Positions 6,803 to 11,632 of a stretch of DNA of 11,632 nt are shown piece after piece (the stretch's first letter is position 1; each line of letters begins with the position of its first letter). The position numbers and the translations under genes are program-made. The notes under the pieces are model-generated. The model searched no databases. It was not told where the DNA came from and saw only the letters and a list, made by a program, of their open reading frames with translations. The DNA is from a virus: UHGV virus genome UHGV-0155908, one strand, 5' to 3'.

Positions 6803-7429
6803 TTAAAGCTCGTACTGAACGCCTTTGACAACGCCGATGATCAGGCAATTACCGTTAATTGAAATGTTTGGATAGCGTGGATTTAAGGGAACTAAGAACT
6901 TTTGAGGCCCATCGATGACAAGTTTTTTTACAGTAGCCTCGTTTGTCCCATCAAGCCTGGCTACGACTATCTTTCCATGAAGTGGCTCTGCATCTGGATC
7001 TACTATGACTGTTGCCCCTTCAGGGATTGTCGGGAGGCCATTAGGGTTTGTCATCGAATCACCTTTAACCTCCAATGCAAAGGAGCTATCCCCTATGCGG
7101 AGTGATGTCTCTATCCACTTATCTACTTCGCTGAAAACTTCTGCTGCTTTACATTCTGTAAACTGTCCAGCCTGAACCCAGGATATCACCGGAATCCTTC
7201 GCATCTTGGTTATCAGATTGCCTTCAAATTCAGTGCCATAAAGTATGTAATCAATTGATGTGTTGAAATACTTTGCAAGTTTCGCAAGTGACTCGCCTCC
7301 AGGCACATTAACGTCTTTTTCCCAATACCCAACCGCCACATCACTAACACCGCAGAACTTACCCAGTTCTTTCTGCGAGGTTTTGGTTATGCGCCTGAGA
7401 GCTTTGATGCGCTGACCGACAGTTTCCAT
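6803..7429 (-). CDS. cI: CI-like prophage repressor (HTH plus LexA/S24-type autocleavage domain)
   Basis: 208 aa. N-terminal HTH (QKELGKFCGVSDVAVGYWEKD). C-terminal GDSMTNPNGLPTIPEGATVIVDPDAEPLHGKIVVARLDG...KKLV...LVPLNPRYP closely parallels lambda CI [40 protein letters not shown]...KKLI...LQPLNPQYP. An Ala-Gly (WVQAGQ) candidate cleavage site is present. Confidence 0.92.
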   Translation of the reverse strand: METVGQRIKALRRITKTSQKELGKFCGVSDVAVGYWEKDVNVPGGESLAKLAKYFNTSIDYILYGTEFEGNLITKMRRIPVISWVQAGQFTECKAAEVFSEVDKWIETSLRIGDSSFALEVKGDSMTNPNGLPTIPEGATVIVDPDAEPLHGKIVVARLDGTNEATVKKLVIDGPQKFLVPLNPRYPNISINGNCLIIGVVKGVQYEL

Positions 7430-7455
7430 TTGAACACCATAAATAAATTAAAAGG

Positions 7456-7523
7456 CTAAGCAATCTTAGTTTTTATTGACCAAAGTTAGATTGGTTATTA
7501 ATATCTAATCAAACTTAGCTAAG
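7456..7523. promoter_or_regulatory. OR-type operator cluster in the cI-cro divergent intergenic region
   Basis: Palindrome CTAAGcaatCTTAG at 7456-7469. Inverted repeat TTAGAT (7486-7491) / ATCTAA (7503-7508). Perfect 10-bp palindrome CTTAGCTAAG at 7514-7523. 18-mer ATCTAAtcaaACTTAGCT at 7503-7520, shared with OL. Confidence 0.55.
7476..7504 (+). promoter_or_regulatory. putative pR-type rightward promoter for cro
   Basis: TTGACC (7476-7481), 17-nt spacer, TAATAT (7499-7504), followed by AGGAGG (7522-7527) 4 nt before the cro ATG at 7532. Operator palindromes overlap the -10 and the RBS. Confidence 0.6.
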
Positions 7524-7531
7524 GAGGCGTT

Positions 7532-7759
7532 ATGACAACCGATGATATTGAAAACTACTTCGGCAGTACTGAGAAGGTTGCCGAATTTTTTGGAATCACA
7601 AGCGAGGCTGTTTACCAGTGGCGTAATAGAACTGGTCGCCTTATCCCAAAAGGGCGTGCAGCTGAAGCAGCATATCGAACCGGGGGGAAATTGGTTTTTC
7701 ATCCCGACCTTTACGAAAAGCGTAGCGATGCTTCAGTAAAACTCAAACCACAGGAATAA
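7532..7759 (+). CDS. cro: Cro-like HTH regulator
   Basis: 75 aa, divergent from cI across the operator region, strong SD. Segment GSTEKVAEFFGITSEAVYQWRN resembles the lambda Cro HTH [21 protein letters not shown]. Confidence 0.8.
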   Translation: MTTDDIENYFGSTEKVAEFFGITSEAVYQWRNRTGRLIPKGRAAEAAYRTGGKLVFHPDLYEKRSDASVKLKPQE

Positions 7760-7769
7760 GGGGGGAGCT

Positions 7770-8321
7770 GTGGGTAACGAACCTATTTGGAAAGTCGAAC
7801 GTCAGCCAGCCTGGCTGGTGGCGGCGATAAAAAAAACGATCACCGATCTTCCTGGTGGTTATGCCGAGGCGGCGGAATGGTTGGGCGTGACAGAGAACGC
7901 ATTGTTCAACCGCCTTCGTGTTGACGGCGACCAAATCTTCCCGCTGGGCTGGGCAATGGTTTTACAACGTGCTGGTGGTTCAACTCATATTGCTGATGCC
8001 GTTGCGCGCCATTCTCAGGGCGTATTTGTACCGCTGGCAGACGTTGATGATCTGGATAACGCCGATATAAACCAGCGCCTGATGGAGTCCATTGAATGGA
8101 TAGGTCGTCATTCTAATTTTGTACGTAAAGCCACGGCTGATGGGGTAATTGACGCAGATGAGCGTGCTCAGATTGAGGAAAACAGCTATCAGGTTATCGC
8201 GAAGTTCCAGGAGCACGTAACGCTTCTTTATCGAGTTTTTTGTGTCGCTGAAAAGAGTGACGCCCGCGAGTGTGCAGCTCCGGGCGCCTTGGCGAACAAC
8301 TCTTCGAGTATGGAGAAATAA
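7770..8321 (+). CDS. CII-position regulatory protein (putative phage regulatory CII-like family), 183 aa
   Basis: GTG start at 7770 with GGGGGAG SD 4 nt upstream, 10 nt after the cro stop. HTH-like segment GYAEAAEWLGVTENALFNRLR. Function is inferred from synteny (cro then regulator then replication); the family name is from memory. Confidence 0.5.
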   Translation: MGNEPIWKVERQPAWLVAAIKKTITDLPGGYAEAAEWLGVTENALFNRLRVDGDQIFPLGWAMVLQRAGGSTHIADAVARHSQGVFVPLADVDDLDNADINQRLMESIEWIGRHSNFVRKATADGVIDADERAQIEENSYQVIAKFQEHVTLLYRVFCVAEKSDARECAAPGALANNSSSMEK

Positions 8322-8493
8322 TCCGCATGAGCAGTTTAACGGCTTTTAACCGTCTACCGCAACTCAGGATGATCCCGGTTTCGGGTACTCCGTTGTTTCG
8401 GTATGAACGCAGATTATCAAACCGCTGGGTTCCGTGTAACCACAGTAGGGCGGTTTCAATTGTGGGGGTCTATAACCGGAGGGCAAAACGCCT

Positions 8494-8673
8494 GTGCGCG
8501 AACTTAACCGAAGGTTCAAAGACCACCGCGGAGTGTCTGTCCGTGTTATCCGCTGGGAACCAGAAACACAACGCGTTATCTACCTGCGTGATGGCTACCC
8601 GCACGAATGCTTCAGCCCACTTGAGCATTTCAGGCAAAAGTTCAGGGAGATAACGGACGATCATGAGCACTAA
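8494..8673 (+). CDS. possible small ORF, 59 aa (GTG start; ...RELNRRFKDHRGVSVRVIRWEPETQRVIYLRDGYPHECFSPLEHFRQKFREITDDHEH)
   Basis: Translated by hand; one codon under the track cut-off. GGAGGG lies 10 nt upstream of the GTG; its stop (8671-8673) overlaps the start of the O-like gene (8663). Protein-like charge pattern. It competes with the rejected low-complexity track ORF 8270..8653. Confidence 0.3.
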   Translation: MRELNRRFKDHRGVSVRVIRWEPETQRVIYLRDGYPHECFSPLEHFRQKFREITDDHEH

Positions 8674-9520
8674 ATTAACCGGCTACGTATGGGATGGTTG
8701 CGCGGCGTCGGGCATGAAGTTGTCTAGTGTCGCGATCATGGCTCGCCTCGCTGATTTCAGCAGCGATGAGGGAGTGTGCTGGCCGTCCATTGAAACTATT
8801 GCTCGCCAGCTTGGCGCAGGGCCGAGCACGATCAGAACGGCAATCGCAAAGCTTGAAAAAGATGGCTGGCTCACGCGTACACAGCGCCGTAATGGTAACC
8901 GTAATGCGTCGAACGTGTACCGCCTGAATGTGGCGAAACTTCAGGCTGCCGCATTTTCTCAACTGTCAGATTCTGACACGTCAAAATCTGACGCATCAAA
9001 TTTTGACGCCTCAAAAACTGACCCGTCGAAATCTGGCAAAAACGGCGGTTTTGACCCGTCAGAATCTGGCGGGGATCCGTCAGTAAAATCAAAACAAGAT
9101 CCACAAGTAACTTCAAAACCCTCTTGTCCGGTTGCGGCGCAACCAGACCCTGAAGTCGTGATTACTGATCAGGCAATTTTGGTTCTGACCCATTTGAACC
9201 AAATCAGCGGATCCCGGTATCAGAAATCAAAAACATCCCTGGAGAACATCCGTGCCCGACTGCGTGAGGGATACAGCGTTGCAGACCTGCAACTTGTTAT
9301 CGACCTGAAGCATGAGCACTGGCACGAGAACGACGAGCAGTACCAGTACATGCGACCGGAAACGCTGTTTGGCCCGAAGAAATTCGAGAGCTATCTGCAA
9401 AGCGCTACCCGCTGGGAGCAGAAGGGACGGCCTAAACGTGCTGACTGGGGAGCGAAAAAGCGCGATGTGATGGCTTTTGGTCCGGTTGAAACAACGATTC
9501 CAGAGGGGTTCAGAGGATGA
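8663..9520 (+). CDS. phage replication initiator, lambda O-like (N-terminal HTH domain, iteron-encoded linker, conserved phage C-terminal domain)
   Basis: 285 aa. N-terminal HTH region (PSIETIARQLGAGPSTIRTAIAKLEKDGWL). Low-complexity S/D/K linker encoded by DNA iterons. C-terminal ...RARLREGYSVADLQLVIDLKHEHW...RPETLFGPKKFESYLQ matches the conserved C-terminus of phage replisome-organiser proteins as I recall it. Confidence 0.85.
   Translation: MSTKLTGYVWDGCAASGMKLSSVAIMARLADFSSDEGVCWPSIETIARQLGAGPSTIRTAIAKLEKDGWLTRTQRRNGNRNASNVYRLNVAKLQAAAFSQLSDSDTSKSDASNFDASKTDPSKSGKNGGFDPSESGGDPSVKSKQDPQVTSKPSCPVAAQPDPEVVITDQAILVLTHLNQISGSRYQKSKTSLENIRARLREGYSVADLQLVIDLKHEHWHENDEQYQYMRPETLFGPKKFESYLQSATRWEQKGRPKRADWGAKKRDVMAFGPVETTIPEGFRG
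8974..9064. repeat. origin-type iterons inside the O-like gene (TGAC-N-C-N-TC-R-AAA units, 15-bp period)
   Basis: Copies at 8974-8986 (tgacacgtcaaaa), 8989-9000 (tgacgcatcaaa), 9004-9017 (tgacgcctcaaaaa), 9019-9031 (tgacccgtcgaaa) and 9052-9064 (tgacccgtcagaa), with a degenerate copy near 9034. Followed by an A-rich stretch at 9076-9120. Same logic as ori-lambda within gene O. Confidence 0.6.
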
Positions 9521-10398
9521 CGTTAAACAAATATTGCCAGGCGCTGGTGGCACTACGTAGCCAACCAGCCCACGAATTGAAAGAAGTTGGCGATCAGTGG
9601 CGGACACCGGACCTGCTTTTTTGGGGCATTAATGCGATGTTCGGCCCGCTGACGCTGGATCTCTTTGCTGATGACGATAACGCTAAGTGCCCTGTGTGGT
9701 ACACCGCCGAAGATAACGCGCTGGTACAAGATTGGGCGGAAATGCTGGAATCAATCGGCGGGGCCGCATTCGGTAATCCACCATATAGCCGTTCGCAGTA
9801 CCACGAGAAACAGGCGATAACCGGCATGACCCACATCATGGATCGCACAATGGAAATGCGTGAAAAGAGTGGGCGTTACGTGTTCCTCATTAAAGCGGCG
9901 ACAAGTGAAACATGGTGGCCGGAAGATGCCGATCACATCATGTTTATCCGCGGTCGTATTGGCTTCGATCTCCCTGTGTGGTTTGTTCCTGCTGATGATA
10001 AGCAGAAGCCCACTGGTGCTTTCTTTGCTGGTGCTATTGCAATCTTTGATAAGTCATGGCGCGGAGAGCGTTTCAGCTACATCAGCCGTACCGAACTGGA
10101 AGAAAAAGGGCGGGCGTTTATGGCTTTGGCTCAATTCGCCGTTGGTAAAGAGCAAACAATTGCAATGCAGGCAGCTAAGGAACCAGCAGCAACACCGGAA
10201 ACTGAGTCACGAATTTGGCCTCTCGAGGTTGGTCTGGTGTTTAACCAGGTGGAAGGCGTTGATGTATTGAGCGAGGCCCAGCAGAACAAACTGAAAGCCA
10301 ACATCAATCAACTCTGGCTGGAACGAACGGCCACCAGCGAAATTATCACAATTGCGCGTGGTCTTGTTGGCAGCATGCAGGGGGTAACCCATGCGTGA
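9517..10398 (+). CDS. phage N6-adenine DNA methyltransferase (Dam-like)
   Basis: 293 aa. N-terminal W-x-TP motif (DQWRTPDLLFWGINAMFGPLTLDLFADDDNAKC) and catalytic NPPY (AAFGNPPYS). Its ATG overlaps the O-like stop as ATGA. Confidence 0.85.
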   Translation: MTLNKYCQALVALRSQPAHELKEVGDQWRTPDLLFWGINAMFGPLTLDLFADDDNAKCPVWYTAEDNALVQDWAEMLESIGGAAFGNPPYSRSQYHEKQAITGMTHIMDRTMEMREKSGRYVFLIKAATSETWWPEDADHIMFIRGRIGFDLPVWFVPADDKQKPTGAFFAGAIAIFDKSWRGERFSYISRTELEEKGRAFMALAQFAVGKEQTIAMQAAKEPAATPETESRIWPLEVGLVFNQVEGVDVLSEAQQNKLKANINQLWLERTATSEIITIARGLVGSMQGVTHA

Positions 10399-11632
10399 GA
10401 TTATCGTTGATAACTTTGCTGGTGGCGGTGGTGCATCAACGGGTATTGAACTGGCGATCGGACGCAGCGTGGATATTGCGATCAACCACGACGAAAACGC
10501 CATTGCGATGCACAAGACGAACCACCCTGACACACTGCATTACTGTGAATCCGTATTTGACGTGGATCCGGTAGCCGCCACCGGCGGCAATCCTGTTGGC
10601 CTGGCATGGTTTAGCCCGGACTGCCGACACTTCTCAAAGGCCAAAGGCGCAAAGCCTGTGAAAAAAGAGATACGCGGTCTGGCCTGGATCGTTCTGCGTT
10701 GGGCACTGGCGAAGCGACCGCGCGTGATGATGCTGGAGAACGTGGAAGAGTTTAAAACGTGGGGACCGCTGCTGGCCGATGAAATGCGTCCAGACCCTGC
10801 CCGCACTGGCGAAACATTCAATGCTTTTGTCGGCATGCTTTCCACTGGCATTCCTGCCGATCACCCGGCACTGGCGGAGGTCTGCGAATTTCTTGCTATT
10901 GATCCTGGCAGCACGCAGGCCAAACAGCTGGTGGAAGGGCTTGGATATGATGTTGATTATCGCGAACTGCGCGCGTGTGATTACGGCGCGCCGACGATCC
11001 GCAAACGCTTCTTCATGGTTATGCGCTGCGATGGTTGCCCTATTCAGTGGCCTGTTGTAACCCATGGGGATCCCAAGTCACTGGAGGTGCAGAGCGGCAG
11101 GCTGATGCCATGGCGTACCGCTGCGGAATGTATCGACTGGAATGTTCCGGCTCTGTCCATCTTCGACCGCAAAAAACCGCTGGCAGAGAACACTCTGAAG
11201 CGGATCGCACGCGGCATACAGCGCTTTGTTATCGAAAGTGCGTCGCCGTTTATCGTGAAGTGCAACCACACGAGCTCAAAAAATGCGTATGACGCTTTTC
11301 GCGGACAGTCACTGAATGAGCCATTACAGACCATTACTAAAAAACTCGGCTACGCGTTAGCCGTTCCACACCTTACAAAATTCCGCACTGGCGCAACCGG
11401 GCAGCCCGTTACCGAACCTGTTCCGACGGTAACCGCTGGCACGTCAAAACGCCCGGGCGGGAACGGGCATGCTCTCGGGATTGTTGAGGCTGCATTGACA
11501 CCATTCCTGGCGGGTAATGGTGGTAGTGAATACCAGGCTAAACCGCGCCCGCTGAATAAACCTGCTCATACCATTCTGAAGCAATCCCGAGCCTGTCTTG
11601 TTGCGCCAGTGATAGCCCGCCAGTTTGGGGCC
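10391..11632 (+). CDS. DNA cytosine-5 methyltransferase-like protein, 3'-truncated by window end
   Basis: Hand-translated 414 codons, open to the window edge. Motif I-like IVDNFAGGGGAS. Cys-containing FSPDCRHFSKAKG at the spacing expected for the Pro-Cys catalytic motif, though the canonical form is PC rather than PDC. ENV motif at MMLENVEEF. Start overlaps the upstream gene's stop by 8 nt. Confidence 0.75.
   Translation, partial: MREIIVDNFAGGGGASTGIELAIGRSVDIAINHDENAIAMHKTNHPDTLHYCESVFDVDPVAATGGNPVGLAWFSPDCRHFSKAKGAKPVKKEIRGLAWIVLRWALAKRPRVMMLENVEEFKTWGPLLADEMRPDPARTGETFNAFVGMLSTGIPADHPALAEVCEFLAIDPGSTQAKQLVEGLGYDVDYRELRACDYGAPTIRKRFFMVMRCDGCPIQWPVVTHGDPKSLEVQSGRLMPWRTAAECIDWNVPALSIFDRKKPLAENTLKRIARGIQRFVIESASPFIVKCNHTSSKNAYDAFRGQSLNEPLQTITKKLGYALAVPHLTKFRTGATGQPVTEPVPTVTAGTSKRPGGNGHALGIVEAALTPFLAGNGGSEYQAKPRPLNKPAHTILKQSRACLVAPVIARQFGA

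Larger units (their letters stand above)
2062..11632. mobile_element. lambdoid prophage, left arm (int-xis, early-left, immunity, replication/modification); right boundary outside window, left boundary unresolved
   Basis: Canonical order int, xis, early-left genes, pL/OL, cI, OR/pR, cro, CII-like, O-like with ori, with opposing transcription around the immunity switch. The AT-rich genes and integrase remnant to the left (1-2060) are probably cargo or a junction within or adjacent to the same element. Confidence 0.85.

Noticed and set aside
8270-8653. 127-aa + strand ORF between the CII-like and O-like genes
   Set aside because: Starts inside the CII-like gene; product is extremely basic and Ser/Arg-rich with almost no acidic residues. 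The 59-aa GTG ORF is the better, though still uncertain, candidate.
8470-11334. Numerous minus-strand ORFs across the O-like and methyltransferase genes (for example 8675..8962, 9227..9607, 10207..10533, 10634..11065, 11044..11334)
   Set aside because: All are antisense to strongly supported, motif-bearing + strand genes in a compact coupled operon.
1-11632. Searched by eye for tRNA genes (as att targets), CRISPR repeats, IS inverted repeats or transposases, and rRNA fragments
   Set aside because: None found. The only tRNA-like element is the isolated T-arm-like hairpin at 6045-6061. The iterons at 8974-9064 are origin repeats, not CRISPR. attL could not be located with one prophage end only.

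Overview
This window looks like the left arm of an integrated lambdoid temperate phage of enterobacterial type; all calls rest on reading the ORF track and sequence by eye, with no database search run. Layout, left to right: (1) an AT-rich cargo region (about 30-35% GC against 50-58% elsewhere) with two unknown proteins flanking a 3' remnant of a second integrase; (2) a lambda-family tyrosine integrase with an upstream excisionase-position ORF; (3) leftward early genes comprising two small untracked ORFs, an HD-domain hydrolase, a large unknown protein and a 123-aa protein; (4) a roughly 1.2 kb GC-rich, hairpin-rich tract with no convincing ORF, immediately downstream of the putative pL; (5) the immunity switch: lambda CI-like repressor, flanking operator repeats, divergent Cro-like gene; (6) a CII-position regulator, an O-like replication initiator with in-gene iterons, and two tandem DNA methyltransferases (Dam-like, then C5-type, the latter cut by the window end). 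No tRNA, rRNA, CRISPR array or transposase was seen. The most unusual feature is the ORF-poor structured tract at 5531-6711, which sits where lambdoid phages normally carry N, kil and recombination genes; the AT-rich cargo locus is the second candidate.
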